From assembly GCA_014729395.1 (NCBI GenBank), contig WJJZ01000002.1, positions 64,673 to 128,672 of the forward strand: DNA of 64,000 nt. The letters run 5' to 3'. The translations under genes were made by a program, and so were the position numbers. This DNA is from Candidatus Magasanikiibacteriota bacterium. Its GTDB lineage: Bacteria > Patescibacteriota > Patescibacteriia > Magasanikbacterales > UBA922. The notes under the pieces are model-generated. The model ran no database searches and was not told the origin of the DNA. It saw only the letters and a list, made by a program, of their open reading frames with translations. Every line of letters starts with the position of its first letter. Position 1 is the first letter of the stretch. This document shows, one piece after another, positions 1 through 10,805 of this stretch.

Positions 1-110
1 TGAAATGGCCGAGACATTTAAAAGTAAAATAGATAAAATGGCTTAGTGCTTTACCTATTAAAAAACGACCGGGTAAAATAAGGGTCGTTTTTTTGTTCTC
101 CTTTGGGTGT

Positions 111-764
111 TTAGGCCGGAACCAGCAATCCATTGCTGTCATCGACTTTCCACTCGAGTTGTTGGCCTTGGGCGCAATAAGGGCATTCATCCGGTTTGAA
201 GAATTGCCAGTTCTTGTCTTCCTTGGATATCTCTAATAAAGAGTACAGTTTTTCCACCCCGAGCTGTTCTGCGGTGATGCCACCGCGGTTGCACATATAG
301 GCGGCAAAAGTCACTTCTGCCCCGCAGTCTCTGGTTGCCTGAATCATGGCCTTCATTGTGGCGTCGGTTGTACCAACGTCTTCAATAATGCCAATAGTCT
401 CACCGTTTAGCTGGGCAGAGTAGAGATGGTCGAAGTAAACAAGGGGATTTCCGTCCGAGCTCTTTTCTCGCGGCATAGACTGCAAACTCAGAGGTTTATC
501 TTTTTTTGAGTTGCGAGCCAACATTTTGGCCAGTTCGTGGGCAAATACCACGCAGTGTGGACTTCTGCCCACAATTCCGGTTACATTCATTTTGATTTGC
601 TCTGACAAAAGACCAACCAAGGTTTCTGTGCTCTCTGGAAAAAGTTGAGCACGTCGCATGTCCAGAAAGCGTTGGCTATGTTTGCCGGATCTTAGTTGAA
701 CATGTCCGCTGATTAGTGCTCCACATTTTTCAAGTATGTGGAAAACTTGCTCTTGTCTTTTCAT
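111..764 (-). CDS. Divergent orotate phosphoribosyltransferase-like protein
   Basis: LISGHVQLRSGKHS N-terminus, degenerate PRPP loop IIEDVGTT, C-terminal PDECPYC as in short PyrE; own TTGACA promoter and AGGAGG SD. Confidence 0.75.
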   Translation of the reverse strand: MKRQEQVFHILEKCGALISGHVQLRSGKHSQRFLDMRRAQLFPESTETLVGLLSEQIKMNVTGIVGRSPHCVVFAHELAKMLARNSKKDKPLSLQSMPREKSSDGNPLVYFDHLYSAQLNGETIGIIEDVGTTDATMKAMIQATRDCGAEVTFAAYMCNRGGITAEQLGVEKLYSLLEISKEDKNWQFFKPDECPYCAQGQQLEWKVDDSNGLLVPA

Positions 765-846
765 GATTAGCTACCTCCTTTAGTTTAAAGGTTTCAGTCT
801 TTTGACCCGGGGCTTATGTTAGCAAGAGTTAGGCTGATGTGTCAAC

Positions 847-2241
847 CTAGGAAATTCTTTTTTTGTATGCTTGCCAACCGGCCTCCCGATATTTTTTTGC
901 TTCCTCTGTTGGGTTTTCGGCTTGGTAAATACCTCGACCAACTATAATAATGTCACTTCCTTGTTCAAAAATCACTTTTTCCGGAGTATTATATTGTTGG
1001 CCCAAAGTATCTCCACCTTTGTCTAGCTTAACTCCGGGAGTAAAGTTTATAAAACCGGGATCATCAGTTAGTTTGCCCATGGCGATAAAACCAATCACAA
1101 AGTCTTTATTTTCCGCAGCCATCATTAGTGTTTTTTCTGTATAACTTCCATAAGCCAGATTTCCGGCTGAGCTCATTTCTGCCAACAAGAGCAGGGCTCT
1201 TTCTCGGGGTAGACCCACCTCTTTTAATCCCATGATTATGCCGGGACCCGCCACAGTGTGGGCGTTTACAATATGAGCCCAATCAGCAATTTTATATATT
1301 CCCTTTTCGTATTGATATTTTACCGTATTTCCAATGTCAGCAAATTTTCTGTCTTCAAAGAAAATAAAGTTATGTTTATTGGCCAAAAATTGTAATTGTT
1401 CAATCAGAGATTGATCAAAATCTTCAATAATATCAATATGTGTCTTGAGGACACAAATTTCCGGTCCTATTTCATCAGCAATTTTTATAAGTTCTGCTTT
1501 GGTGGTTACATCAGCGGCGATTGCTAAATTGCTTTGTTTTTTATCCATCAGATTGAGTAGTTTTTTTGCGATCGGGTTTGTGCATAAATCAGCTCTTCGA
1601 GTATAAGTTTTATGGGGGTTATCATTCTTCATAGGTGGATTTTTAATTTGGTTTGCATTAAGATATTTATTTATCTCTTCATATTTAAATTTATCAATTT
1701 TTCCAAAGTCAAGCAGTGTATCCATAAGTTCTGTCATTGTAAATATGGAATGCAGATTATATCCTTGGCTACTTAGTGTCCTTCTGCCCCCCTGTTCCCG
1801 GTCTAATAAAACCACTACGTCACTAACTTGCAGGTCTAGTTGTACAAGTGGTTCAATCGTTTCGAAAACACTTGAACCGCTGGTCACAAGGTCCTCAACT
1901 ATTAGACATTTTTGTCCGGGTTTATATACACCTTCAATTGATTTTTTTGTACCATGATCTTTTACTTCTTTCCTGCGCATAACCATAGGAATTTTATTTT
2001 TCAAAGACATGGCTGTGGCAATAGGTAAGGCGGTATATGGTACCCCGCAAAGTATATTAAAATCCAGACCATGGACTTTTTCCCACATAATGTCGGCAAT
2101 TTCTTGTAAAAGTTCGGGATAAGAGATGGTTACTCTCAGGTCTATATAGATTGGAGAGATGCTGCCGGTTTTTAATTTAAATTCTCCAAATTTAATTCCT
2201 CCTACTTCGTAAAGTTTTAGAATAAGATCTTTTCTTGACAT
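847..2241 (-). CDS. pyrE-pyrF: Bifunctional UMP synthase (OPRT + OMP decarboxylase fusion)
   Basis: [19 protein letters not shown] and [10 protein letters not shown] (OPRT); [30 protein letters not shown] (eukaryote-type ODCase). Confidence 0.95.
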   Translation of the reverse strand: MSRKDLILKLYEVGGIKFGEFKLKTGSISPIYIDLRVTISYPELLQEIADIMWEKVHGLDFNILCGVPYTALPIATAMSLKNKIPMVMRRKEVKDHGTKKSIEGVYKPGQKCLIVEDLVTSGSSVFETIEPLVQLDLQVSDVVVLLDREQGGRRTLSSQGYNLHSIFTMTELMDTLLDFGKIDKFKYEEINKYLNANQIKNPPMKNDNPHKTYTRRADLCTNPIAKKLLNLMDKKQSNLAIAADVTTKAELIKIADEIGPEICVLKTHIDIIEDFDQSLIEQLQFLANKHNFIFFEDRKFADIGNTVKYQYEKGIYKIADWAHIVNAHTVAGPGIIMGLKEVGLPRERALLLLAEMSSAGNLAYGSYTEKTLMMAAENKDFVIGFIAMGKLTDDPGFINFTPGVKLDKGGDTLGQQYNTPEKVIFEQGSDIIIVGRGIYQAENPTEEAKKYREAGWQAYKKRIS

Positions 2242-2255
2242 AGATCAATATATTA

Positions 2256-2825
2256 TTAATTAATACTGTTTAATTGTTGTATAATTTTTTGTACTAATAA
2301 TTCAGGTGAATTTTCAAATATTAATATCGATTTTGTTTGTTTGTTTATTTTTTTGTTAAGTTGATATAGTTCATCCGCTATTCCGCCAGTTTCGGTTAAT
2401 ATTCCTATTACCTTACCCATGTCTATCAAGTTAGTGAATTCATTTAGAGTACCCCAGCGTCCGGCAATTATTATTCCACTGTCACATTCTGATGTCGATA
2501 GTACATTTCGATATTTTCTACGAGCAAATTTATCATGATTTTCAGCAAATTTTTTATCAACGTAGATTATTTTACCATATATTGAAAGATCATCATTAGG
2601 TGTGAACTGTTTTTGGTTTTCAATGTCGACCTCCGGAGAAAAGCCCCAGACTTCCGCACCGGACCTTTTTGCATTAATGGCAACTTTGTACGGTATTCCG
2701 GAGCAAGCTCCGGTAATAACAATACTTTTTGTTTTACCCAAACTTTGGCCAAGTTCGCTTGCCTTTTGGATTGTGTTTTCGTTTTCGTCCATGGCTGAGC
2801 CGAAAACAGCAATTTTAAAGCTCAT
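2256..2825 (-). CDS. LOG-family nucleotide phosphoribohydrolase-like protein
   Basis: IAVFGSA, ITGACSG, RN...GIIIAGRWGTLNE motif. Confidence 0.8.
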   Translation of the reverse strand: MSFKIAVFGSAMDENENTIQKASELGQSLGKTKSIVITGACSGIPYKVAINAKRSGAEVWGFSPEVDIENQKQFTPNDDLSIYGKIIYVDKKFAENHDKFARRKYRNVLSTSECDSGIIIAGRWGTLNEFTNLIDMGKVIGILTETGGIADELYQLNKKINKQTKSILIFENSPELLVQKIIQQLNSIN

Positions 2826-2835
2826 ATGTAAAAAA

Positions 2836-3927
2836 TTAAGATTTAGTTGATGAAATTTGGTGGTATTTATTTGCCAAATAGGGATTCCACATCATGCCGG
2901 TAGCGCTCATGGCGATATCGGCTCCCGCTTCAAGTAAATTACTAAAACCTTGCGGCGTAGTTACACCACCTGTTCCAAGTAGTGTGAGCCCCAGTTTTTC
3001 ATTATCAATAATAGTTCGTCCATATTTAACAAATTCAATAGCGGCTTTATGAATTGGGGCACCGCAAATCCCGGATTTTAGTCTATTGGGGCCAAGAGCC
3101 GGCTTTCCATACTTGTTTTGTACGGCCATGCCAATTGTATTTATACCGCATATGCCTCTGGCGCCGGCTTTGGCGACGGCATAAAAAACTTGTCGCATTT
3201 TTTCCAAATTGGTAAAGATACCGACTTTTATTATTAAGGGAATTTCTTTGAGTTCTTTTACCAAACTCCTGGCGATTGTATAGACATAATCCGGGTCAGT
3301 GTAAATACTACCTTCGCCGGTGGCTACATTTGGACAAGAAAAATTGGCTTCTATAATCTTTGCACCCGCTTCTTTGGCTAGGGCGACTGTCCTTACAAAA
3401 TCACTGATAAAATCTTCTTCCGAGCGGGGTGTCCCGACAGTTGACACTATCATTATTTGTCCCTCTTGCAGTGATTTATTTGCTTTTTCAATGTCCTTCA
3501 AAAGGGATAATGTACCGGAAGAGGGCATGCCGAAAGAATTGGTAATTGCCAAATTTTCCATGTTGGTCGGTTCAGAATCTTTTTGTTCTAAGGTTTCTTC
3601 CAGCCGTTTTTTATTTAAAGATCCGTTGGTATTCACATAGACACAATTTGGAAGAGGTTGGCAAGCGTGGGCCCTACTTCTTATGGTTTTATAAGTTACA
3701 ACATCAAATCCCAAATTTGCCGCTAGGGTGGTCCATTTGGAATTTAGTAATGGTCCGGCCGGTACACCCAGAGGCGAAGCTATTTTATAACCAAAAAAAT
3801 CTATCCATTTTTCTTTTTGCGGTTTTATTCTTTGTGGTATTTTTCCGCTAAAAAAAGGACCTTTGGAAAAATTTTCTTGATAACTTTTTTCTATGTGATA
3901 AATCGGTTCTTGGTTTTTCAAAATCAT
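2836..3927 (-). CDS. pyrD: Dihydroorotate dehydrogenase (class 1-like)
   Basis: GVPAGP, TYKT, TNSFGM, EANFSCPN, GINT, GTGGV FMN-barrel motifs; operon with UMP synthase. Confidence 0.85.
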   Translation of the reverse strand: MILKNQEPIYHIEKSYQENFSKGPFFSGKIPQRIKPQKEKWIDFFGYKIASPLGVPAGPLLNSKWTTLAANLGFDVVTYKTIRSRAHACQPLPNCVYVNTNGSLNKKRLEETLEQKDSEPTNMENLAITNSFGMPSSGTLSLLKDIEKANKSLQEGQIMIVSTVGTPRSEEDFISDFVRTVALAKEAGAKIIEANFSCPNVATGEGSIYTDPDYVYTIARSLVKELKEIPLIIKVGIFTNLEKMRQVFYAVAKAGARGICGINTIGMAVQNKYGKPALGPNRLKSGICGAPIHKAAIEFVKYGRTIIDNEKLGLTLLGTGGVTTPQGFSNLLEAGADIAMSATGMMWNPYLANKYHQISSTKS

Positions 3928-5210
3928 AGCGGTCTATCTAGTACATAGTTTTCCAATCCCAGATTACCCGGACCTCCCAAAGATACCACTTCTTCTAAAG
4001 CTTTTTTGGGATCAATTTTTTCCAAGTGTTCAATATCTTCTTTTACTTTTTGATAGGCATCTCTAAAGGCCAGTCCGGTTTTTACATGGCGATTAACCGC
4101 ATGGGTTGCAAATAATTCAGCTGTCATCGCTTGTTGAAGATTTTCTACCTTTGGTTCTACGTCTTTCATTACTAGAGCAACTACCTCCAGACTTCGCCTT
4201 GCTATACCCATGCCTTTAATAAGAGGTTCTTTGGTAAGCTGGGTATCGCGATTGTATCCGGAAATAAGATCTTTACAAATGTCTTTTACTTGGGTTTGCA
4301 AGCCCACAATAACCCCTACATTACTTCTAAGAATTTCAAATATGTCCGGATTACGTTTTTGCGGCATGATTGATGAGCCGGTTGTGTATTGGTAAGGAAG
4401 GTGGAAGAAGTCAAATTCGGGAGTCGTAAAGAGAATCATTTCAGTTGATAGACGCCCCAAAGTCATCATAATTTGAGTCAAAACAGACAATATATAGCTT
4501 TCTGTGGTACCTCGACTATTGACGCAGTATAAAGAGTTTATTTGCGTTCTTTTAAAATCCATCAGTTCAGTCGTATATTTTCTTTGTAAATTTAAATTTA
4601 CTCCAAAACCGGCTGCCGCCCCCAAAGGATTTTGATCATTTAGTTTATAAGCGGTCTCAAGCAGCATGTGATTGTTGATGAGCTCTTCCAAATAAGCGGC
4701 CGCCCAGTGAGCAATGCTTGATGGCATGGCTCGTCTGGTGTGAGTGTATCCGGGCATGGGCACACCTTTATATTTTTTGGCAAAGTTCAAAAAAACTTTT
4801 TCCAATTCTATTACATTTTCACTGATTTGCTTTAATTTTTTTCTGGTATAGAGCCTGGTGGCTACCAAAACTTGATCATTTCTGGATCGTCCGGTGTGCA
4901 CTTTTTTCCCAAGCGTACCCAGTTTTTCCACCAAGTAATTTTCAATGGCTGTATGGCAATCTTCATCAGATTGTTGGATTATAAATTCACCTCGCTGAAA
5001 TTTTTCCAAAATTTCATTTAAGCCGGCCACAATTTGGACCAGCTCTTGGGCTGTGATAACACCAATTTTTTCCAAACCCTTCACATGAGCAATCGATGCC
5101 TCTATGTCAAAGGGGAGTATTTTTTTATCAAGCTTATAGTCATTACCGACCGTATACCTTTCGACCATGGGGTGTAGGCTGGTAGAGACTGTTTGCCAGA
5201 GTTTTGCCAT
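3924..5210 (-). CDS. argH: Argininosuccinate lyase
   Basis: HTGRSRNDQV, PGYTH, GSSIMPQKRNPD signature, GYNRD. Confidence 0.9.
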   Translation of the reverse strand: MAKLWQTVSTSLHPMVERYTVGNDYKLDKKILPFDIEASIAHVKGLEKIGVITAQELVQIVAGLNEILEKFQRGEFIIQQSDEDCHTAIENYLVEKLGTLGKKVHTGRSRNDQVLVATRLYTRKKLKQISENVIELEKVFLNFAKKYKGVPMPGYTHTRRAMPSSIAHWAAAYLEELINNHMLLETAYKLNDQNPLGAAAGFGVNLNLQRKYTTELMDFKRTQINSLYCVNSRGTTESYILSVLTQIMMTLGRLSTEMILFTTPEFDFFHLPYQYTTGSSIMPQKRNPDIFEILRSNVGVIVGLQTQVKDICKDLISGYNRDTQLTKEPLIKGMGIARRSLEVVALVMKDVEPKVENLQQAMTAELFATHAVNRHVKTGLAFRDAYQKVKEDIEHLEKIDPKKALEEVVSLGGPGNLGLENYVLDRPL

Positions 5211-5229
5211 AGTTTTGGTAATTAGTTTA

Positions 5230-6201
5230 TTAAACGATATTCAAAATTTTTCTTCCGTTAATAGTGGCAATATCTACCAGATCATCAAAGTTGTAATATC
5301 GACATGCTTCTTGGAGGAGACGCATTTCAGTCCACATGTCGCCATCTACAAATGGCTGATAAAAATCATAGACATTGTCTACTCCCAAGGCTACAACCAC
5401 TCCGGCCTCTAGCATTTCCGGTACATTGGCAATAGAGTTATGAACCGGAGAAGTATATTGATCCAACTGTCGCATGGCAAGCGCCGCCGAAGGGCAGACT
5501 ACCACTCCAATTCCAAGTTCAGCCAGTTCTTTATATATTTTTTTACGATACTCTTTTGTTTGGGCCGAAACAGACAAGGCATGAACGGCTACCACCCGGC
5601 CTTCGTAGCCGTATTTTTTGGTAGCGGCTATTAGTTTTTCCGTGTCACGTTCATGTGGATTGTTTTCTTGATCAATATGAACATGAATCGGTTTGTTTAA
5701 ATTTTTTGCAATCGAAAATAGCATATCATAATGTTTGTCATCATGAGGTCTATCTTTAGAAGGGAGGCCGCCGGCAATGTCAGCTTTCTGAGTGATTGCT
5801 TCATAAAGTTCTATGGCTGCTAGATTTGTTAAACCACCAAGAGGTTGAGTAATAGTTAGAAAATTAATTTTGTTTTTGTATTCTTGTTTTACTTGAATGG
5901 CTGCGTCAATGGCGCGATGATCTACAGCGTCATAAGCATCAATAAAACTGCAAGTGTGTTTTACACCTTGCGCAATCATAATATCAAGGGCTGTTCTGAT
6001 TCTATCCGCGATTTCTTCTTGGCTTGAGTTTTTTTTAATATCATCACTCATGAGCCATTTTTGCTCCATATCAACCATTGTTTTATCCAAACCCGCCTTG
6101 GTAATATAAAATGCTTTATCAAAATGACCATGGCAGTTTACAAAACCGCCTTTAGGTCTTATGCTTTCAAGCATTTTCTCCTTTAGGTTCCATTGATTCA
6201 T
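5230..6201 (-). CDS. Metal-dependent amidohydrolase, cytosine deaminase-like
   Basis: NCHGHFDKA, HVHIDQ, VAVHA, ALGVDN metal ligands. Confidence 0.85.
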   Translation of the reverse strand: MNQWNLKEKMLESIRPKGGFVNCHGHFDKAFYITKAGLDKTMVDMEQKWLMSDDIKKNSSQEEIADRIRTALDIMIAQGVKHTCSFIDAYDAVDHRAIDAAIQVKQEYKNKINFLTITQPLGGLTNLAAIELYEAITQKADIAGGLPSKDRPHDDKHYDMLFSIAKNLNKPIHVHIDQENNPHERDTEKLIAATKKYGYEGRVVAVHALSVSAQTKEYRKKIYKELAELGIGVVVCPSAALAMRQLDQYTSPVHNSIANVPEMLEAGVVVALGVDNVYDFYQPFVDGDMWTEMRLLQEACRYYNFDDLVDIATINGRKILNIV

Positions 6202-6214
6202 AAACTAAATGATT

Positions 6215-6247
6215 AAAAAACACTACTCATGGTTTGAGTAGTGTTTT
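6215..6247 (-). terminator. Intrinsic terminator in the leader of the pyrimidine operon
   Basis: CACTACTCA-AACCA-TGAGTAGTG followed by T6 on the minus strand, about 14 nt before the first start codon. Confidence 0.75.
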
Positions 6248-6315
6248 GGAAAATAAAATTTCCCCCTATTTGCACTTAACTCGTAAATTTTTTTATGCTT
6301 ATGGCTTTGTCTCAT
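6223..6315 (-). CDS. Putative 30-aa leader peptide MRQSHKHKKIYELSANRGKFYFPKHYSNHE
   Basis: GGGAG SD then ATG; stop codon lies in the 3' arm of the terminator. Confidence 0.45.
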   Translation of the reverse strand: MRQSHKHKKIYELSANRGKFYFPKHYSNHE

Positions 6316-6381
6316 GCTCCCTTTTAAAAAAGGCCACCCCTTTCGGAGTGGCCGCGTACAAAAAGTTTATTTGTGTAGGTG
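6312..6381 (-). promoter_or_regulatory. Structured leader element, copy 1
   Basis: 65/70 identical to 7540-7609; hairpin GGCCACTCC-GAAA-GGGGTGGCC followed by T6. Confidence 0.75.
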
Positions 6382-6507
6382 ATTGTTAATCATATCTTTA
6401 TAAAGAATAACATAGTATTCCTTTTGTGTGAAATCTTATTTTGTGGATAATTATAAGAATAAAAAAACCGTCTATTTTTATGAATGGACGGCTCTCCTTT
6501 TAGTTTG

Positions 6508-7398
6508 TTATTTGGTGGTAATTGTCGCGACTATACAATGGTGTCGATAGCGAATCATGGTCATAAGAAGCATGCCGAAAGCAATCGGGATGATGAACAA
6601 CCATTCATCCGGCATATCATCGGTTATGAGAGTGACTAGAGGCGAGCCGACAAGGATACCATCATATACAAGTGGTGATACAATGGATGCTTGACCTTTA
6701 TGGCCAAAGTGAATATAACTTTGCCCCAGTTCCCTTACCAACATAAAGATTCCTATGGCCCCAAGAATGAAACCACCTATAAAGATGGGGTCCCAGTCCC
6801 AGTGGCCGATATCCTTAAGTATAGTAGCGTATACTAACAGTAAAGTTCCTCCACCCATATTCATCGTTATATTAGTAGCACGGTGGCCATTGCTTAGCTT
6901 GATACTGATATTGAATAGTGCATAGCCGGCTATGGCTATTATGATGCTAGGGGTTGCCGAAACTATCAGGTCTTTTTGGTCACAAGTCATTATTCTCATA
7001 TAAACCAGTAGGCCCATGAGACCGTGACAATATAAGTCAAAACGATTTGGTTTTTCTTGGAAGTTTTTTGACCAAAACCGATTGAGCAGAAGAAACAATG
7101 GCCAGCTGGAGATGGCAAAACCATTGTATACCATTTCCATACTGATACTTACGTCCAGTTCGCTGTGGCCACCTCGTAGTCCAACCACAATGAGTAATAT
7201 TCCAACTGAGCCCAACAAGGCTACAAACCATTTGGGTTTGATGCTCGGTTTGATTTGTTTTCGGTAGTAGAGGCCGGTAATGACGGCGGCCAGGATATTG
7301 GCTCCGGCAATGGCGATAAGTCCACCCTTTCCAATGGACATCCAGACGGCGATGTTGAACACGAGATATGCAAAGATGGTAAATATGACATGTCGCAC
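6508..7398 (-). CDS. Multi-pass membrane protein, EamA/DMT-like
   Basis: About 10 hydrophobic segments in two halves; GTG start with AAAGGAG SD. Confidence 0.55.
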   Translation of the reverse strand: MRHVIFTIFAYLVFNIAVWMSIGKGGLIAIAGANILAAVITGLYYRKQIKPSIKPKWFVALLGSVGILLIVVGLRGGHSELDVSISMEMVYNGFAISSWPLFLLLNRFWSKNFQEKPNRFDLYCHGLMGLLVYMRIMTCDQKDLIVSATPSIIIAIAGYALFNISIKLSNGHRATNITMNMGGGTLLLVYATILKDIGHWDWDPIFIGGFILGAIGIFMLVRELGQSYIHFGHKGQASIVSPLVYDGILVGSPLVTLITDDMPDEWLFIIPIAFGMLLMTMIRYRHHCIVATITTK

Positions 7399-7539
7399 CG
7401 TTTGCTCCTTTGTGCAAATATGTAACGGGAATTGGCTAAAAGGATCTGGTTGGAGCTTAGTTTAAATTTTAAATTTTGTCAATATTACAATTTTCCCATT
7501 TTGTAATCAAATCGTAAATTTTTTTGTTTATAAATTTTT

Positions 7540-7609
7540 TCATGATCCCTTTTAAAAAAGACCACCCCTTTAGGAGTAGCCGCGTACAAAAAATTTATTT
7601 GTGTAGGTG
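7540..7609 (-). promoter_or_regulatory. Structured leader element, copy 2
   Basis: Direct repeat of 6312-6381; both stem substitutions give G-U pairs. Confidence 0.75.
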
Positions 7610-7681
7610 TAATGTTTATAAATCACATTAAAGGTTTTCACTTTTTTGTTTTTTTGGCAAATGTACTTTTGAGGGTAATAT

Positions 7682-9115
7682 TTATGTTATTGCCTTAACA
7701 TCATGAGCACCACTTTCTTTTTGACCGGCACCACTAATTCTTACAAATTCCGTATTACGCTGTAATTCGGCGATTGAATGAGAATTGGTATAGCTCATAC
7801 CGGATTTTATACCGCCGGTAAGTTGGTTTATTATGTCTTTTACACCCCCTTTGTAAGGGACAATTGATTCAACACCTTCCGGAACCACTTCATTCAATTT
7901 TTTACCCTCCTGCTTAATTTTTTTTCTACGGTTGGCCACTGTAAAACTTGCACTTCCTCGGCAAACTTTAAATTTTTTGTCACCTTTTGTCATAACCACC
8001 CCCGGACTTTCAGAAGTACCTGCTAACATGCCTCCTAACATTACCGTATCAGCTCCGGCGCCAATAGCTTTTACTATATCGCCGGATTTTTGAATACCGC
8101 CATCAGCTATTACCGGTACGCCATAATGTTTTGCAACCCCGCTCGCTTCCATAACGGCTGTTAGTTGTGGTACACCGCAGCCGGTTACTATTCGGGTTAT
8201 ACAGATTGTACCCGGCCCAACACCAACTTTTAGAGCATCAGCTCCGGCTTCACAAAGTTCTTCAGCGGCTTTTGCTGTAGCAATATTACCAACTATCAAT
8301 TCTGTTTGACCACAAATATCTCTTAATTTACAAATCGCATTAAACATAAGGTCGGAGTGTCCATGAGCAATATCCACAACAATTACATCAACTTCGGCTT
8401 TTACCAATTCTTGTGCTCGTTCAAGGTAATCTCCGTGTACTCCGACTGATGCTCCCACTAGCAATCTACCTTGTTTATCATTTACCGCCATAGGGTATTT
8501 AACCAAATGTCTTATATCATCACTTGTGATTAGTCCGACAATACGATAATTGTCATCAACGAGGGGTAATTTTTCAATTTTGTGTTTGGCAAATATTTTT
8601 TTTGCTTCTTCAAATGTTGTTTCCGGATTACCTACGATTAATTTTTCTTTGGGAGTCATAATTTCAGAGACTTTTTCGTAGTCTCCATTGGCAAACATAA
8701 AATCTCTGCTGGATAGGATACCAAGTAATTTTCGATCTTCTCTTGCTACCAGCAAACCACTTACTCCAACAGATTGAATAAAGGTCTTTACTTCTTCAAT
8801 TTTTTTTTCGGGATCAATTATATATGGATCTGATATTATATAACTTTGCGCACGTTTTACTTTTTTTACTTCCTCAACATTGTCTTCAATTGTCATAAAT
8901 CTATGCAATATCCCGATACCTCCAAGCCTGGCCAATTTAATGGCCATTTTAGATTCAGTTACCGAATCCATATTCGAACTTACAATTGGAATATTAATAT
9001 CAATTTTTTTTGTTAATTTGGTTTTTGTTTGTGCTTCCGATCTTGATTTAAAGCTGGATCTTTTTGGTATTATTAGAACATCGTCATAGGTTAGGGCAAG
9101 AGGTATATGCTTCAT
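7682..9115 (-). CDS. guaB: IMP dehydrogenase
   Basis: LTYDDVL, CBS pair, [11 protein letters not shown] catalytic loop, VPEGVE. Confidence 0.95.
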   Translation of the reverse strand: MKHIPLALTYDDVLIIPKRSSFKSRSEAQTKTKLTKKIDINIPIVSSNMDSVTESKMAIKLARLGGIGILHRFMTIEDNVEEVKKVKRAQSYIISDPYIIDPEKKIEEVKTFIQSVGVSGLLVAREDRKLLGILSSRDFMFANGDYEKVSEIMTPKEKLIVGNPETTFEEAKKIFAKHKIEKLPLVDDNYRIVGLITSDDIRHLVKYPMAVNDKQGRLLVGASVGVHGDYLERAQELVKAEVDVIVVDIAHGHSDLMFNAICKLRDICGQTELIVGNIATAKAAEELCEAGADALKVGVGPGTICITRIVTGCGVPQLTAVMEASGVAKHYGVPVIADGGIQKSGDIVKAIGAGADTVMLGGMLAGTSESPGVVMTKGDKKFKVCRGSASFTVANRRKKIKQEGKKLNEVVPEGVESIVPYKGGVKDIINQLTGGIKSGMSYTNSHSIAELQRNTEFVRISGAGQKESGAHDVKAIT

Positions 9116-9160
9116 ATTTTGAGGACTTTAAAACAACACCTTTTTGGTGTCGTTTTTGAA

Positions 9161-10714
9161 TTATTTTGATAATTGTTCTTTTAATAGTTTATCGACAACT
9201 TGCGGATCTGCAGTTCCTTCAGTTGCCTTCATAACCATACCGACTAAAAATTTCAACACGGCTTCTTTGCCTGATTTATATTCTTCTACTTGTTTGGGGT
9301 AACTTTTTATTGTATCAGAAATTATTTTCGATAGTTCTCTTTCATCACTGACTTGACCATAGCCTTTTTCTTCCATTATATGCGTAGGGTCTTTATCGGT
9401 TTCCGCTTCAACCATTTCCAAAAGGATTTTTTGGGCGTTGGTTGAATTTACTTTATTAGTGTAGACCAGGGCAATTAGCTCGGCAAAATTTTCAGCCGAT
9501 AATTTGATATCAGCTATCACTTTATTTTTTTCACTCATTATCCCCGTCAATTTACTGGTCAACCAACCACCGGCCAGTCGAGCTATCTTATTTTTTTTAT
9601 CTTCTTTTATTTTATCGCTTTCGCCTTTTACTTCGGGTAAACTGTATAACCAATCAACCAATTCGCTCATTACTGATTCAGTAAAGTCGGCCCATTGCCG
9701 ATCGTTTGTCAATATCTTTGAGTCAGACAGTGAAAAACCATATTCACTGTGAAAACGATTTTGCTTTTCAATGGGAGTTTCTCCTATATCAATTTTTCCG
9801 GCTATTTCCATAGGATGAAACGGTGGAATATCGGGTTCTGGAAAATATCTGTAATCCTCGGCATTTTCTTTGGTTCTTTGCAGTATTGTCTCTTGTTTTT
9901 TTTCGTCCCAGCCTCGGGTTTGTTGTTGCCAGGTCTTATTTTTTTTCAATAGATTAAGCTGTCTTTCTATTTCATATTCAATCGCTTTTTCTACAGCTTT
10001 GAAAGAATTTAAATTTTTTAATTCAACTTTGTGATTTAGTTTGTGGTCATCTAGTGGCTTCACAACTCCTTTTACAATTTCAAAAGATCCGGCCGGTTGA
10101 ACTGATATATTAGCCTCACATCTCATTTGACCTTTTTCCATATCAGCATCACTAACTCCCAGATATCGGAATAGTGTTCTTAGGTTTTTACAATATATTT
10201 TTGCTTCAACGGCTGATTTAAAGTCCGGTTTTGTTACTATTTCAACCAAAGGTACGCCGGCGCGATTAAAATCAACCAGGGTTGCGTTTTTTTTATTATG
10301 TATAAGTTTGGCTGTATCTTCTTCCAAATGTACTCTTTCTATGCCAATATCGGCATTTTTTCTAATATTATCTTCAAGCTTCATGTCCAAGTTCATAGTA
10401 CCGTTATAAGCGATCGGTTCGTCATATTGGGAGATTTGATAAGCTTTTGGCAAATCCGGATAGAAGTAGTGTTTACGGTCAAACTTTGAAGTTTCATTTA
10501 TTTTACAATTCAAAGCTTTACCGATTTTGACGGTCCACTCAATTGCTTTTTTATTGGGTACGGGCAGTGTACCGGGTTGGCCGGTACAGATTTCACAGAT
10601 ATTTGTATTGGACTGATTTTCGTTTGTATCATTTTTACACGAACAAAACATTTTGCTTTTTGTGGCTAGTTCAACATGAACCTCCATGCCAATGATTGAT
10701 ATATATTTTTCCAT
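9161..10714 (-). CDS. gatB: Asp/Glu-tRNA amidotransferase subunit B
   Basis: IGMEVHVEL, YFYPDLPK, DFNRAGVPLVEIV, DYRYFPEPD. Confidence 0.97.
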   Translation of the reverse strand: MEKYISIIGMEVHVELATKSKMFCSCKNDTNENQSNTNICEICTGQPGTLPVPNKKAIEWTVKIGKALNCKINETSKFDRKHYFYPDLPKAYQISQYDEPIAYNGTMNLDMKLEDNIRKNADIGIERVHLEEDTAKLIHNKKNATLVDFNRAGVPLVEIVTKPDFKSAVEAKIYCKNLRTLFRYLGVSDADMEKGQMRCEANISVQPAGSFEIVKGVVKPLDDHKLNHKVELKNLNSFKAVEKAIEYEIERQLNLLKKNKTWQQQTRGWDEKKQETILQRTKENAEDYRYFPEPDIPPFHPMEIAGKIDIGETPIEKQNRFHSEYGFSLSDSKILTNDRQWADFTESVMSELVDWLYSLPEVKGESDKIKEDKKNKIARLAGGWLTSKLTGIMSEKNKVIADIKLSAENFAELIALVYTNKVNSTNAQKILLEMVEAETDKDPTHIMEEKGYGQVSDERELSKIISDTIKSYPKQVEEYKSGKEAVLKFLVGMVMKATEGTADPQVVDKLLKEQLSK

Positions 10715-10805
10715 ATTAATTCAATAAGTATGTTTTGATTTTATCATTATCGGCAAAAAAATAAAAGACCCGCTCTTGGCAGGTCTTTTTAAATAATATA
10801 GTTTA

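Noticed and set aside
6312-6381. Known guanidine riboswitch or PyrR-binding loop
   Set aside because: I could not see the ACGR twin loops or the PyrR consensus; an Rfam search is needed.
6367-6393. His leader peptide MINNHLHK
   Set aside because: The frame has no start codon in the second copy, and the downstream genes are unrelated to histidine.
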